Positions 38,199 through 49,016 are shown, counted from the stretch's first letter. The stretch is 64,000 nucleotides of DNA from an uncultured Rickettsiales bacterium (GCA_964588995.1 CAZPQM010000002.1:155020-219019), one strand, 5' to 3'. Notes: generated from the sequence alone by a model not told the origin. Numbers and translations are program-made.

Positions 38199-39521
38199 AT
38201 GACCAGCACACAGCATTCTGAAGCATTATTTGAACGGGCGAAGCGCGTTACACCGGGTGGAGTGCATTCTCCTGTTCGCGCTTTTAAGTCCGTAGGCGGA
38301 ATACCGCGTTTTATTACGGAGGCAAAGGGTGCTTGTCTCACCGATGCGGATGGCAATCAACTGGTGGATTATTGCATGTCTTGGGGGCCGCTGATTTTCG
38401 GCCATCAGGATGAGGATGTTGCTGGCGCGATTCATGATGCGATGGACAAAGGGTGGACGTTTGGCACGGCTTCCCATTATCCGCTAGAACTCGCGGAATA
38501 TATTACTGAGCGCATAAAACATGTTGAAAAGATTCGTTTTGTAAATTCGGGAACGGAGGCGGTGATGTCGGCCATTCGTGTGGCGCGTGGAACGACTGAG
38601 CGGAACAAAATCGTGAAATTTGCCGGCTGTTATCATGGCCATGTGGATAGTCTGCTAATTCAGGCAGGTTCCGGGGTTGCGGAAATGGCGAAGCCGGATA
38701 GTGCCGGTGTGACTGAAGGAACAGCGGCAGATACGATCGTTTGTCCGCTTAATGATGAGGCCGCACTCAACCAGATTTTTGAAATACATGGTCGAGAAAT
38801 AGCCGCGGTAATAATGGAGCCATTGCCTGCGAATTTTGGCTTACTGATACAGCGGGATGAATATCTACAGTTTGTTCGAGAAATCACACAACGCTATGGC
38901 AGTTTGCTTATTTTTGATGAGGTGATGTCCGGATTTCGCATCGGCTTTGGCGGCATGGCGGAGCGAACCGGGATTGCACCGGATCTGGTAACGTACGGCA
39001 AAGTGATTGGGGGAGGTTTTCCGGTCGGAGCGTTTGGTGGCCGTGCTGATCTTATGGATGCCGTTGCGCCAGTTGGGCCAGTCTATCAGGCGGGTACATT
39101 GTCGGGCAATCCGGTGGCCATGCGGGCTGGGTTTGCTACCCTTAAAAAACTATATGAGCAGTCACCCTATGAGCAGCTGGATTCGATTACTTCGAAGCTA
39201 GCGAACGATCTGCAGCAGGTCGCAAAGTCCAAAGGCTTCGCGCTTTCCGTACAGCATGTCGGTTCAAAATTCTGGCTGATTCCTGATGAAGTGCAAACGG
39301 AAGATGGCATGGTGAGGGATGTAAAGTCACTTCCGGCTGAAGCGATGAAACGTTTTGCGCATATTTTCCATGGGCTACTCAATCGCGGATATTATCTTGC
39401 GCCGAGTGGCTTCGAGGTGGGTTTTATGGCGACTGTGCACACTGAAGAAGTTAACGCCGGCTTGGTAGATGCCTTTGAACAGGTGTTAGAGGAAATGACA
39501 GAGGAAAGGAAAGCCTCGTGA
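38199..39521 (+). CDS. hemL: glutamate-1-semialdehyde 2,1-aminomutase
   Basis: SEALFERAKRVTPGGVHSPVRAFKSVGG..., FDEVMSGFR, TYGKVIGGGFP. Confidence 0.93.
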   Translation: MTSTQHSEALFERAKRVTPGGVHSPVRAFKSVGGIPRFITEAKGACLTDADGNQLVDYCMSWGPLIFGHQDEDVAGAIHDAMDKGWTFGTASHYPLELAEYITERIKHVEKIRFVNSGTEAVMSAIRVARGTTERNKIVKFAGCYHGHVDSLLIQAGSGVAEMAKPDSAGVTEGTAADTIVCPLNDEAALNQIFEIHGREIAAVIMEPLPANFGLLIQRDEYLQFVREITQRYGSLLIFDEVMSGFRIGFGGMAERTGIAPDLVTYGKVIGGGFPVGAFGGRADLMDAVAPVGPVYQAGTLSGNPVAMRAGFATLKKLYEQSPYEQLDSITSKLANDLQQVAKSKGFALSVQHVGSKFWLIPDEVQTEDGMVRDVKSLPAEAMKRFAHIFHGLLNRGYYLAPSGFEVGFMATVHTEEVNAGLVDAFEQVLEEMTEERKAS

Positions 39522-40564
39522 ATCTATTTGATAAGACGTTGGCAGGACAAAATGACACAGGTGTTCCGCCGATCTGGTTTATGCGGCAGGCTGGTCGCTA
39601 CCACTCGCACTATCAGCAGCTGCGAAAAGACTATAGCTTTGTTGAATTGTGCCAGAATCCCGACGTTTCAGCCGAAGCAGCAATGGGACCGATACGGGAT
39701 TTTGACTTTGATGCGGCAATTTTATTTTCCGATATTCTGTTTCCAATCGAGGCGCTTGGTATTCCGTTGAGTTTTGCTCCAGGGCCTCAATTTGGACGTC
39801 TGCTTCGAGAACCGGAAGACTTAAAACATTATCATCAGCCCGAAGATGCGCAGTCATTCTTTTGGTTTCAGCGAGTGGCGTTGGATAAATTGCGTGAGCA
39901 GTTGCCGAATAGCAAAGGCCTTATCGGCTTTGTTGGTGGGCTGGCGACGTTGTATGCGTTCGCTGTGGAAGGCTCAACCAAGGGGGATTTGTCTTCGGCG
40001 ATGAAGGGGCTGGATGATGGCCGTTTTGAAGGATTGATGGACATGCTGCTGCCAGTGTTGGTGGACAATATGAGTGTGCAGGCGGAAGCGAATATTAGCT
40101 GCATAGCGATTCTCGATTCCGGATTGGGACATTTCCCGTATGACTGGGTAGTGAAAAGTTATCTCAACGTGCTGCGGGAACTCCTTACGCGTTTTAAGTA
40201 CCGTTTTCCCGAGACGAAAATCCTCTATTATAGCTTAGGCGTGCGGGCGGACTATTTTGAACATCTGATCGATCTTCCGATTGATGCACTTGGGATTGAC
40301 CACCATAAAGAATTGCCTGAATTATTTGAACGCTATGGTGAGCGGTTCATATTGCAGGGTAACATTCCGCCGGAATGGATCAGCCTTCCTGTTGAGGAAT
40401 ATGCCGGTAAATTGCGCGGTTTTTTGAATCTAATGGAGGTATTGCCTGAGCACTACCGCAATCGATGGATATGCGGATTAGGGCATGGTATTTTGCCAAC
40501 GGCGAAAGAGGAAAACGTGTATATGAGCATTAAAACGGTACGGGAACGGATTGGTGGAAAGTAA
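39518..40564 (+). CDS. hemE: uroporphyrinogen decarboxylase
   Basis: PPIWFMRQAGRYHSHY, AILFSDIL. The GTG start overlaps the hemL stop. Confidence 0.88.
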   Translation: MNLFDKTLAGQNDTGVPPIWFMRQAGRYHSHYQQLRKDYSFVELCQNPDVSAEAAMGPIRDFDFDAAILFSDILFPIEALGIPLSFAPGPQFGRLLREPEDLKHYHQPEDAQSFFWFQRVALDKLREQLPNSKGLIGFVGGLATLYAFAVEGSTKGDLSSAMKGLDDGRFEGLMDMLLPVLVDNMSVQAEANISCIAILDSGLGHFPYDWVVKSYLNVLRELLTRFKYRFPETKILYYSLGVRADYFEHLIDLPIDALGIDHHKELPELFERYGERFILQGNIPPEWISLPVEEYAGKLRGFLNLMEVLPEHYRNRWICGLGHGILPTAKEENVYMSIKTVRERIGGK

Positions 40565-40626
40565 TTAGTGTTTATAGCTTACTCCAGAGTGAGCTTTTCT
40601 AGCCGGAGAGAAATCTATAGGTTGAT

Positions 40627-41997
40627 ATGGTAAATTCGGATCTTATCAAAAAATATAATGTGGCCGGTCCGCGCTATACGAGCTACCCCACCGTGCCATA
40701 CTGGCAGGATGTGCCTGAAGAATCGGCGTGGCTAAAAAGCATTGATGAGGCGCTTGCAGAAAGTGAGGCAAAAGGGGCGGGGGCCGCGCTTTATTTGCAT
40801 ATTCCCTTTTGCGAACAACTGTGCACTTTTTGCGGCTGTACGACGCGGATTACCAAAAAGCATGAGCGTGCCAACCCGTATATCCAGACAGTATTAAAGG
40901 AATGGCAAATCTATGTGGATTATTTGCAGCGCGAAGACGGTATCCCTATTTCGGAAGTGCATTTAGGCGGTGGCACCCCTACCTGGCTTTCAGCTGAAGA
41001 GCTGCATACATTGCTTTCCGGAATTTTTAAACAGGTGCGTCTTACCGAGGATATTGAAATGTCCTTTGAGGCGGATCCCAGGGTCACGACGGAAGCGCAT
41101 ATTAGCGTGCTCGCTGAGCTTGGTTTCAAGCGCATCAGCTATGGCGTGCAGGATTTTGATCCGAAGGTGCAGGAGATTGTAAACCGAGTACAGTCCGTAG
41201 AGCAAGTTGAGCAATTGACTTATACTGCGCGTAAGCATGGTTATCAATCGGTAAATTTCGATCTTATTTATGGCCTACCGTTACAGACCAAAACGTCCGT
41301 AAGGGACACTATAGAGGAAGTGCGGCGGATGCAGCCGGATCGAATAGCATTTTATTCTTATGCGCATGTGCCGTGGATTAAACCCTCGCAACGTAAATAT
41401 ACTGAGGCGGATTTGCCTTCCGGTGATGAAAAGCGTGCGTTGTATGAGCTTGGGCGTGAGATGCTTGAAGCAAATGGCTATCTTGAAATCGGTATGGACC
41501 ATTTCGCGCTTGAGGAGGATGGGCTTTCTCGTGCGATTCAGCGTAAGACCCTGCATCGGAATTTTATGGGCTATATGCCGAAATATGTCCATCCTATGAT
41601 TAGTTTGGGTATGTCAGCCATTGGGGATTCCTGGCAAATGTTTATGCAGAATATCAAAGAGTTGGAAGCCTATCAGGACACAGTAAATCAAGGTCGGTTG
41701 CCGATTCATCGTGGACATATACTGACGGAAGAAGATCAGGTGCTCCGTAAGCATGTTTTGAATATCATGACGCGCGGGGTTACGGCATGGAGCCACGCGG
41801 CGGACTATACGGACTATTTAGAGCAGGTGCCGGCGCTATTGCAGGAGCCAGCCAATGATGATCTGGTCTCGCTTGAAGAACGAAGGGTACGGATCACTCA
41901 GAAAGGGCTGCCGTTTCTTCGTAATATCTGTATGGCATTTGATGCGAGACTAAACCGGGATAAACCAGATACGCAATTATTCAGCAGCACGATATAA
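40627..41997 (+). CDS. hemN: oxygen-independent coproporphyrinogen III oxidase (radical SAM)
   Basis: GPRYTSYPT, YLHIPFCEQLCTFCGC (CX3CX2C), GGGTPT, 456 aa. Confidence 0.9.
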   Translation: MVNSDLIKKYNVAGPRYTSYPTVPYWQDVPEESAWLKSIDEALAESEAKGAGAALYLHIPFCEQLCTFCGCTTRITKKHERANPYIQTVLKEWQIYVDYLQREDGIPISEVHLGGGTPTWLSAEELHTLLSGIFKQVRLTEDIEMSFEADPRVTTEAHISVLAELGFKRISYGVQDFDPKVQEIVNRVQSVEQVEQLTYTARKHGYQSVNFDLIYGLPLQTKTSVRDTIEEVRRMQPDRIAFYSYAHVPWIKPSQRKYTEADLPSGDEKRALYELGREMLEANGYLEIGMDHFALEEDGLSRAIQRKTLHRNFMGYMPKYVHPMISLGMSAIGDSWQMFMQNIKELEAYQDTVNQGRLPIHRGHILTEEDQVLRKHVLNIMTRGVTAWSHAADYTDYLEQVPALLQEPANDDLVSLEERRVRITQKGLPFLRNICMAFDARLNRDKPDTQLFSSTI

Positions 41998-42047
41998 ATC
42001 TGCGGTTTTGATTGGCTAAACACGCCTGTCAAGAGTAGTATCGCGAT

Positions 42048-43313
42048 ATGCTGGGTACGATCAACCATTCTGAAAAGCATGCCGCCATTGTGGGTGGAGG
42101 TATTTCCGGCTTGCTCATAGCCTATCGGCTTTCGCAACTAGGATTTGCCATTGAGCTGTTTGAAGCGCAGGATCGGCCGGGGGGGCTGATCCAAACGAAA
42201 GTCACTCCTTACGGTATTGCTGAAACGGCTGCGCATTCCTTCCGTGCAAGTGAGGAAGTGCTGAATTTATGCGAGCAGCTAGGTGTGGCTATAGAACCGC
42301 TGCAGGAAAGTGCGAAGAAGAAATATATATTAAGAGAGGGTAAGTGGCGTAAAATGCCATTAACCCCGTTCGAGGTGGTCGGGTTGTTGTGTCGCATGTT
42401 CACCCAAAAAGGGCTTGCCGAACCGTATAAACCGCTTTCTGACGTAGTGGCGCATCATATGGGGCATGGTGCGTTGCATCATCTCGTTACGCCTATGACG
42501 CTGGGTATTTATGGTACAACCCCAGAACACATTATCGTGCCGGCAGCATTTAAGATTTTCGATGTTCCTGAAAGCAAAACCCTGCTTTCGCACTTGCTGC
42601 ATGAGCGTAAGCGGAAGAAAGGAGCAAAGCGTCCAATTATGTCCGCACCCAGAGCTGGTATGCAGATGATTATCAACAAGTTGATTGAGGCATTAGAAAG
42701 CGATAGTAATGTAGATATGCATCTGAATAAGCGTTTGGACCGTTTGCCTGACAGTCCGAATCGCATTCTATGCTGTGAAGCGCCGCAATCGGCTGCACTC
42801 TTAAAGTCAGAAGCGCCTGCTTTAACAAAATTGTTATCGCATGTGCGCTATGTCCCGCTCATTACTGCTACAGTTTTTGTTAAACAAGATGCAATTGGAT
42901 GTAAAGAGCGTGGATTAGGCATCCTGATACCACCGGACGAGAAGTACGAAATTATGGGGGTTTTGTTTAACAGCTACTCATTTCCGGGCCGTACGTTAAA
43001 GGCGGATGAGGAATCTTTTACGGTTATTACGGGGGGAACAGTTTATCCACACTTAATGGAAGAAAGTGATGACGTTCTATTGGATGTAGTTCAACGGAGT
43101 ATCACGAGTCTCCTACAGCTGAGTAAAAAGCCCTTTCATATTGAACTTACACGTTGGGAGCGGGCCATTCCGCTTTACGACATGAAATTGGTGGATACCT
43201 GGAAGGAGGCAAATCTAAGTTGGTGTGCGAAACCGGGCAATGTATTGTTTGGGAATTATACGGGAGAAGTAGCCATCAAAGGACTAATTGAGACTGTGGC
43301 CAAGATTAAGTAA
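42048..43313 (+). CDS. hemY: FAD-dependent protoporphyrinogen oxidase (HemY-type)
   Basis: AAIVGGGISGLLIAYRL...LFEAQDRPGGLIQT dinucleotide fold, 421 aa, last gene of the heme cluster. Confidence 0.75.
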   Translation: MLGTINHSEKHAAIVGGGISGLLIAYRLSQLGFAIELFEAQDRPGGLIQTKVTPYGIAETAAHSFRASEEVLNLCEQLGVAIEPLQESAKKKYILREGKWRKMPLTPFEVVGLLCRMFTQKGLAEPYKPLSDVVAHHMGHGALHHLVTPMTLGIYGTTPEHIIVPAAFKIFDVPESKTLLSHLLHERKRKKGAKRPIMSAPRAGMQMIINKLIEALESDSNVDMHLNKRLDRLPDSPNRILCCEAPQSAALLKSEAPALTKLLSHVRYVPLITATVFVKQDAIGCKERGLGILIPPDEKYEIMGVLFNSYSFPGRTLKADEESFTVITGGTVYPHLMEESDDVLLDVVQRSITSLLQLSKKPFHIELTRWERAIPLYDMKLVDTWKEANLSWCAKPGNVLFGNYTGEVAIKGLIETVAKIK

Positions 43314-43320
43314 CCAGAAG

Positions 43321-43812
43321 TTACTCGCTCGTGGTGCGCAGTATATCCCGCACCTCCACCATCTCTTCCATCAACCGGTCGAGGCGGTGCTTAAGTTCAG
43401 GATTAGCAGTTTTTTCAGCCTGCGCGGCGGCTTTTTCCATCGCTTCGGCTTCCTCAAACAAGCTGGTCTGTATCTGACCAATTCCCGCTTTCTTTCTATC
43501 CTTCAGAAATTTCTGTGCGCCTTTGATCGTATAGCCTTTTTCATAAAGTAGCGACTTGATCTCTTTGATCACCTCGATATCCGCAGGGCGGTAATAGCGG
43601 TGCCCGCCGCGTCGTTTATGCGGCTTGATTTGCGTGAATTTACTTTCCCAGAAGCGAAGTACATGCGGAGAGACACCAAGCTCCGAGGCTACTTCGCCTA
43701 TGGTACGAAAGGCGGAAGACGATTTGCGTTTAGTCACTATATGAATAACCCGTTCACTGTTGTTAACTACCAAAACAGGGTAGGTTTTAACCAGTGATTG
43801 TTCGTTAATCAA
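43321..43812 (-). CDS. MerR family transcriptional regulator
   Basis: [31 protein letters not shown]; conserved position after ihfA. Confidence 0.85.
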   Translation of the reverse strand: MINEQSLVKTYPVLVVNNSERVIHIVTKRKSSSAFRTIGEVASELGVSPHVLRFWESKFTQIKPHKRRGGHRYYRPADIEVIKEIKSLLYEKGYTIKGAQKFLKDRKKAGIGQIQTSLFEEAEAMEKAAAQAEKTANPELKHRLDRLMEEMVEVRDILRTTSE

Positions 43813-44098
43813 GGGCTTCGTTGATATTTTTTACTAAAATATTTGAGGCGTGGAAAGTAACGACCCGGCGTGCCGTAATCGGGATTTCTTCTTTGGTTTT
43901 CGGATTGCGGCCCATACGGGCTTTTTTATCACGGGTTTCGAACGTGCCGAAGGAGGAAAGTTTTACCGCTTCTCCATTTTCCAGCGCTTTTATAATCTCC
44001 TCGATGGTGGCATCTACCAGATCCGAACTTTCCGAAAAAGAGAGACCTAACTCAGCGTAGAGTTTGTCCGCAAGATCAGCGCGTGTCAGTGTTTTCAT
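43805..44098 (-). CDS. ihfA: integration host factor subunit alpha
   Basis: [17 protein letters not shown]...[36 protein letters not shown]. Confidence 0.93.
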   Translation of the reverse strand: MKTLTRADLADKLYAELGLSFSESSDLVDATIEEIIKALENGEAVKLSSFGTFETRDKKARMGRNPKTKEEIPITARRVVTFHASNILVKNINEALD

Positions 44099-44212
44099 AT
44101 CACCTCACCTTGTAATCATTCTATCCTACTGAGTTGCGATTATGCCGTCAATCACAAAAACGCTAAAAATCCTTAAAAAATAGATTGTTGTGATCAGAAG
44201 AAAATGGAGCGG

Positions 44213-45169
44213 TCAGAGACGCAGTAAGCAGGATCCCCAGGTAAGGCCGCCACCGATCGCCTGCAGGGCGAGCAGGTTACCCGGCTGAATTCTGCCGTCC
44301 TGAAAGGCCGTATCCATCGCAAGCGGTATAGAAGCTGCCGACGTGTTAGCGTGTTGCGCTACCGTTGAAATGAGTTTGTCCTTCGGGAGCTTCAGTTTTT
44401 TCATGGTCGCATCCAAAATACGCTGGTTTGCCTGATGCGGAATGACCCAGTCGATCTGGTCGGCGTTCAGCTTGTTATAGGCCAGGGCCTCTTCCGTAAC
44501 GGCGGCGAGTTTCTGCACCGCATGCTTAAACACATCCTGCCCCTGCATGCGAATATGTCCGATACGGCCATCGGTCGATACACCGCCATCGACATAGAGG
44601 AGGTCGCGGGTGGAGCCGTCTGAATAGAGATGGGTCGATAAGATGCCTTGTTTGCCCTCTTTCTCGGCGGAAAAGACGCAGGCGCCCGCTCCATCGCCGA
44701 AAAGAATGCAGGTGCTGCGGTCCGTCCAATCCAGCAGGGCGGAGAGTTTATCCGCGCCGATAACCAGAATATGGCGATATTGCCCGCTTTGGGCGAAATG
44801 GTGAGCGGTGGCAAGCGCGTAAATAAAGCCGGTACAAACGGCCTGAAGGTCAAACGCAGCGGCGCGGTTATTACCTAGAAGAGCCTGAATTTTGGAGGCG
44901 GTTGACGGGAAGGTATTATCGGGCGTCGTGGTTGCAACGAGGATCAGGTCGAGCTCGGTTGCATCTATTCCGGCGCGCTGCAGCGCCTGTTTCGCTGCGT
45001 GCGTAGCCATATCCGCCGTACTTTCTTTGTCTGCTAAATGGCGTTGCGTAATTCCGGTCCGGGTGCGAATCCATTCATCGCTCGTATCTACGGTTTTGGC
45101 GAGCTCTGCATTGCTCACCACGTTGGGTGGGAGGTAGGAGCCTGTGCCGCGTAACACGAGCTGAACCAT
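44213..45169 (-). CDS. fabH: 3-oxoacyl-ACP synthase III
   Basis: AVCTGFIYAL (Cys), PHQANQRI, GGGLTWGS. Confidence 0.93.
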   Translation of the reverse strand: MVQLVLRGTGSYLPPNVVSNAELAKTVDTSDEWIRTRTGITQRHLADKESTADMATHAAKQALQRAGIDATELDLILVATTTPDNTFPSTASKIQALLGNNRAAAFDLQAVCTGFIYALATAHHFAQSGQYRHILVIGADKLSALLDWTDRSTCILFGDGAGACVFSAEKEGKQGILSTHLYSDGSTRDLLYVDGGVSTDGRIGHIRMQGQDVFKHAVQKLAAVTEEALAYNKLNADQIDWVIPHQANQRILDATMKKLKLPKDKLISTVAQHANTSAASIPLAMDTAFQDGRIQPGNLLALQAIGGGLTWGSCLLRL

Positions 45170-46248
45170 TAAGATACTGCCTTTTCCGGTAGGGCAAGCG
45201 GCACGGTAAATTCGTCAGGAGGAACGTGGCCGGAGTCGATCATTTCCTGAATAATCTGATCGTTCACTTTTTCCTTGGCGAGCGCAAGTGCCATTAAAAT
45301 CGCATTGGCGTTGCCTTGCGCATCGCTGCCACCGTGGCTTTTGATGATAATGCCGTTGATCCCCAGAAACATCGCACCGTTATAATTGCGGGGGTCCATT
45401 TGCGTTTTGAGCGAGTTGAGTGCCGAGTAGCTGGTCAATTTAGCAATACGGTTGAGTATACCTTTATTGAACGCGGCTTTCAAACGGCCGGTATACATTT
45501 GCGCGGTGCCTTCCAGCGTTTTGAGCGCGATATTGCCGGTAAAGCCATCCGTTACGATGACATCGACCTCGCCGTTACAAATATCGTTACCTTCGACATG
45601 GCCGATGAAGTTGATCGGTAACTCGCTCTCTTTGATCAGTGCGGCAGCCTGCCGCACCGTATCATGGCCTTTAATATCTTCCGAGCCGACATTGAGGAGC
45701 CCCACCGACGGGTCGTCTTTCTTCAGCAAAACACGAGCATAGGCATGCCCCATAATCGCGAAATCGAACAGGTTTTCTGCGCTGGCCGCTACATTAGCTC
45801 CAATATCCAGCATGACGGAGCTACCTTGCTTCTGTGGCATCAGCCCGCAAATGGCAGGGCGTTCAATCGCCGGGAGCATGCCGAGCAGTATTTTTGACAT
45901 CGCCATTAAGGCGCCGGTATTACCGCTGGATACAGCCGCCTGCGCAGCTCCGGCTCGTACGGATTGAATCGCCTGCCCCATACTGGTGTTACGCCCGCGG
46001 CGAATCACGGCAGACGGTTTTTCGTCCACGGCAACGACATCCTCGACGTTAATAACAGTGGAAATACGCTTCAGGTTCGGCGTATGCTCGAGCATTTTCT
46101 TGACCGTACTTTCGCGCCCGTAGAGCAGGAAATGGCAGTCAGAGCATTGCTTAGCAGCAATTTCGCCGCCGGCTATGACGCTTTCCGGTCCCTGATCACC
46201 GCCCATAACATCTATGGCGATGATGCGTTTTGAATCAATAGCGCTCAC
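45169..46248 (-). CDS. plsX: phosphate acyltransferase PlsX
   Basis: IAIDVMGGDQGP..., SSGNTGALMA, GFTGNIALKT. Confidence 0.93.
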   Translation of the reverse strand: MSAIDSKRIIAIDVMGGDQGPESVIAGGEIAAKQCSDCHFLLYGRESTVKKMLEHTPNLKRISTVINVEDVVAVDEKPSAVIRRGRNTSMGQAIQSVRAGAAQAAVSSGNTGALMAMSKILLGMLPAIERPAICGLMPQKQGSSVMLDIGANVAASAENLFDFAIMGHAYARVLLKKDDPSVGLLNVGSEDIKGHDTVRQAAALIKESELPINFIGHVEGNDICNGEVDVIVTDGFTGNIALKTLEGTAQMYTGRLKAAFNKGILNRIAKLTSYSALNSLKTQMDPRNYNGAMFLGINGIIIKSHGGSDAQGNANAILMALALAKEKVNDQIIQEMIDSGHVPPDEFTVPLALPEKAVS

Positions 46249-46305
46249 CTAAGCTACCCCCGTTGAAAGCGTTACGCTGCGAAACAATCTACCCGTATAA
46301 AGAAA

Positions 46306-46515
46306 CTAGAGTGTTTCTTCAAGCTCGCTTTCGTCCTTTGTGGCAGGCTGCTGAAATACCTGACGGCCTTTATAGTATCCGTCGAGGGAGATATGATGCG
46401 GCCGGGTCAGCTCCCCCGTGGTAGGATTTTCAATGATGTTGACCTTTTTCAGGGAGTCGTGAGCACGACGCATGTTACGCTTTGACGGTGTCGTTTTACG
46501 CTTGGGGACTGCCAT
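46306..46515 (-). CDS. rpmF: 50S ribosomal protein L32
   Basis: [19 protein letters not shown]. Confidence 0.93.
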   Translation of the reverse strand: MAVPKRKTTPSKRNMRRAHDSLKKVNIIENPTTGELTRPHHISLDGYYKGRQVFQQPATKDESELEETL

Positions 46516-46624
46516 AATAAATTCCTTTTAATACGTGACTATTATGCTTATAAACGGTTATTCGCTTCGAACGAAGGCATGTATATAACGTAATGCAACC
46601 CAAAAATCCAGCCAAAAATAGGAT

Positions 46625-47077
46625 ATGCTTATGAAACCGCACTTGCTGAATCTTATCATACTTTCAATGATGATGACCGCCTGTGTGAAAAACCCGGTTA
46701 ATACGGGCTACATCCACGAGTTTGAGGATTTTAGCCAGATCAAGCCGGGTGTGACAACGCAGGAGGAAGTGTTTGCAGAATTTGGCAGCCCCAGCGCGCG
46801 CTCTGATTTCGGCGAGCCGACCTGGTATTATGTGGGAACGCGGAGCGAACGGATCGCATTTCTCGACCCGGAAGTTAAAAAACACATTGCCTATAGTATT
46901 ACCTTTAATGAGGATGGAACCGTTAAAGCAGTAGAGGAAGCGACCGAAGCCAACCGTCGCGATATAGCCATTGCCGATGATGAAACCCGCACCGAGGGAA
47001 ATGAAATTACTGTGCTCGAGCAGCTGATCGGCAATCTTGGGCGCTTTAATCCGAATCAGGCGCAGGGTGGATTGTAG
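46625..47077 (+). CDS. bamE: outer membrane protein assembly factor BamE (SmpA/OmlA lipoprotein)
   Basis: Lipobox MMTAC, IKPGVTTQEEVFAEFGSPS motif, 150 aa. Confidence 0.8.
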   Translation: MLMKPHLLNLIILSMMMTACVKNPVNTGYIHEFEDFSQIKPGVTTQEEVFAEFGSPSARSDFGEPTWYYVGTRSERIAFLDPEVKKHIAYSITFNEDGTVKAVEEATEANRRDIAIADDETRTEGNEITVLEQLIGNLGRFNPNQAQGGL

Positions 47078-47591
47078 GCGCGAGCGTGCGAAGTTTTCGT
47101 GCCAAAACGCCGCTGAGGATCATCATCAGAATCACCGACGCAGCAAAGAGATAAAGCCCGTAATGCACGGTCACTTCGGCGAGCATGCCGAGCTTGACGC
47201 TCGCCACCAGTATCGCGACTAAAAACACATCTAGCATTGACCATTTTCCAAGCGATTCGAGCCAGCGGATGCGTTTCCCGAGATGCGCATTTTGCTTACG
47301 GAAATCGATATTCCACACGAGTGCAATCGTCAGCAGCTTGGCAAAAGGAAACAGGATACTGAACAGGACGATGAGCAGCAGAAGCAGCCATTCCCGTTCG
47401 GCGGCCAGGTCCTGAATTCCGCTCATAATGGAGACGGTGTTGGTCACCCAGATCAGCTTGGTAATCGTCATCAGCGGCGCAAACAGACTTGCGATAAACA
47501 GAAGGGCAGTCGCGATGATCGCGAGATTAAATGCCCGGAAATAACGTGCAGAAGTTAATGGTTTTTTTATGGCAGGATCTGTACTACTCAT
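47046..47591 (-). CDS. PqiA (paraquat-inducible protein A) family membrane protein, single-domain
   Basis: APLMTITKL...LESLGKWSMLDVFLVAILVA. The start is taken at MSSTDPAIKK, because the longer ORF would overlap the divergent ALDH gene. Confidence 0.7.
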   Translation of the reverse strand: MSSTDPAIKKPLTSARYFRAFNLAIIATALLFIASLFAPLMTITKLIWVTNTVSIMSGIQDLAAEREWLLLLLIVLFSILFPFAKLLTIALVWNIDFRKQNAHLGKRIRWLESLGKWSMLDVFLVAILVASVKLGMLAEVTVHYGLYLFAASVILMMILSGVLARKLRTLAPTIHPAPDSD

Positions 47592-47624
47592 AGGCTTGAA
47601 ACACATAACCGCAAAAGGTGCAGG

Positions 47625-49016
47625 ATGGAAGAAAATAAGCTCTTGGTCACGTCTCCCTCCAAAGGTGAGACCATTGAAACACTGACCAGAAAGGACTGGA
47701 GCGAAGTCAGCGATATGATGGATAAGGCGCTTAAAGCGTTTCGGGAAAAGGCGTATCCGGCTCATGAGAGAATGAAATGGCTGCGCAGTTTTCAGGCGAA
47801 GTTACAGGACGAGCAGGAGGGTGCGGCGCTGATGATTGCGCGGGAGGGCGGTAAGCCGCTAAAGGACGCTAGAGCGGAAGTAGCACGGGCAATCAATGGG
47901 GTGGAGCTTGCCATCAGCGAGATGTATCACCTGGGCGGGACGGAAATACCGATGGGAATGACCAGGCCGTCCGAAAACCGCCTTGCCTTTACGACGTATG
48001 AACCCATCGGGCTGGTTGTAGCGATTTCTGCCTTTAACCATCCGGTTAATCTGATTATCCACCAAGTGATTCCCGCGATTGCAACGGGTTGCCCGGTCAT
48101 CATCAAGCCCGATAGCCGCACGCCACTTTCTGCGAAGCGTATTGTTGAGTTGTTACATGCTGCGGGTGTGCCGGAAGCGTGGTGTCAGTTTGTGGTGTGT
48201 GGGCACGAAGCATCGGAGAATATGGCGACCGATGACCGCACGGCCTTTGTCACGTTCATCGGTTCGGAGCGCGTCGGCTGGGAGCTTAGGTCCAAAATTG
48301 CACCCGGAACGCATATCGCGCTGGAACATGGCGGTACGGCTCCGGTGGTGATGGATAAAAGTGCCTCTGCGGAAACGATTGAAGCGATGATCCCCAAGCT
48401 GGTTAAGGGCGGGATGTATCATGCCGGGCAGGTATGCGTTTCGGTGCAGCGGGTTTATGTGCATGCGAGCCTGATAGGGGCGGTGACGGAGCAATTGCAG
48501 CAGGCGGTGAATGAACTGGTTGTTGGCGATGCGGAAGACGAAAAGACGGATGTGGGCCCCATCATTGATGAAAAGGCGCTTAAGCGCATCGACGACTGGG
48601 TGCAGGAAGCGCTAGAGGAGGGGGCTGAACTCGTTTGCGGCGGCCAGAAGCGGGGAGAGTTTTTCTATGAGCCGACTATTTTACTGAACCCTTCGGATCA
48701 TGCCAGAGTAACAACGGATGAAATCTTTGGCCCGGTGATCTGCCTCTACAGTTATGAGACGGAGGATGAGGTCATTTACCGCGTGAACGATACTGATTAT
48801 CTGTTTCAGGCGGCGGTGATGGGCGATCATCATGAAACGCTGATGCGGCTTGCGAAACGAATTCGTACCCGCGCGGTGATGATTAACGATCATACGGCGT
48901 TTCGGGTGGACTGGATGCCCTTTGGCGGTGCAGGCAAGTCAGGACTTGGTACAGGCGGTATCGGCTACACCATGCGTGATATGCTCCTTGAGAAGCTGTT
49001 CATAACGGGGTGCTGA
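47625..49016 (+). CDS. aldehyde dehydrogenase family protein
   Basis: 463 aa. LEHGG (compare ELGG), GQVCVSVQR (catalytic Cys), EIFGPV. Confidence 0.88.
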   Translation: MEENKLLVTSPSKGETIETLTRKDWSEVSDMMDKALKAFREKAYPAHERMKWLRSFQAKLQDEQEGAALMIAREGGKPLKDARAEVARAINGVELAISEMYHLGGTEIPMGMTRPSENRLAFTTYEPIGLVVAISAFNHPVNLIIHQVIPAIATGCPVIIKPDSRTPLSAKRIVELLHAAGVPEAWCQFVVCGHEASENMATDDRTAFVTFIGSERVGWELRSKIAPGTHIALEHGGTAPVVMDKSASAETIEAMIPKLVKGGMYHAGQVCVSVQRVYVHASLIGAVTEQLQQAVNELVVGDAEDEKTDVGPIIDEKALKRIDDWVQEALEEGAELVCGGQKRGEFFYEPTILLNPSDHARVTTDEIFGPVICLYSYETEDEVIYRVNDTDYLFQAAVMGDHHETLMRLAKRIRTRAVMINDHTAFRVDWMPFGGAGKSGLGTGGIGYTMRDMLLEKLFITGC

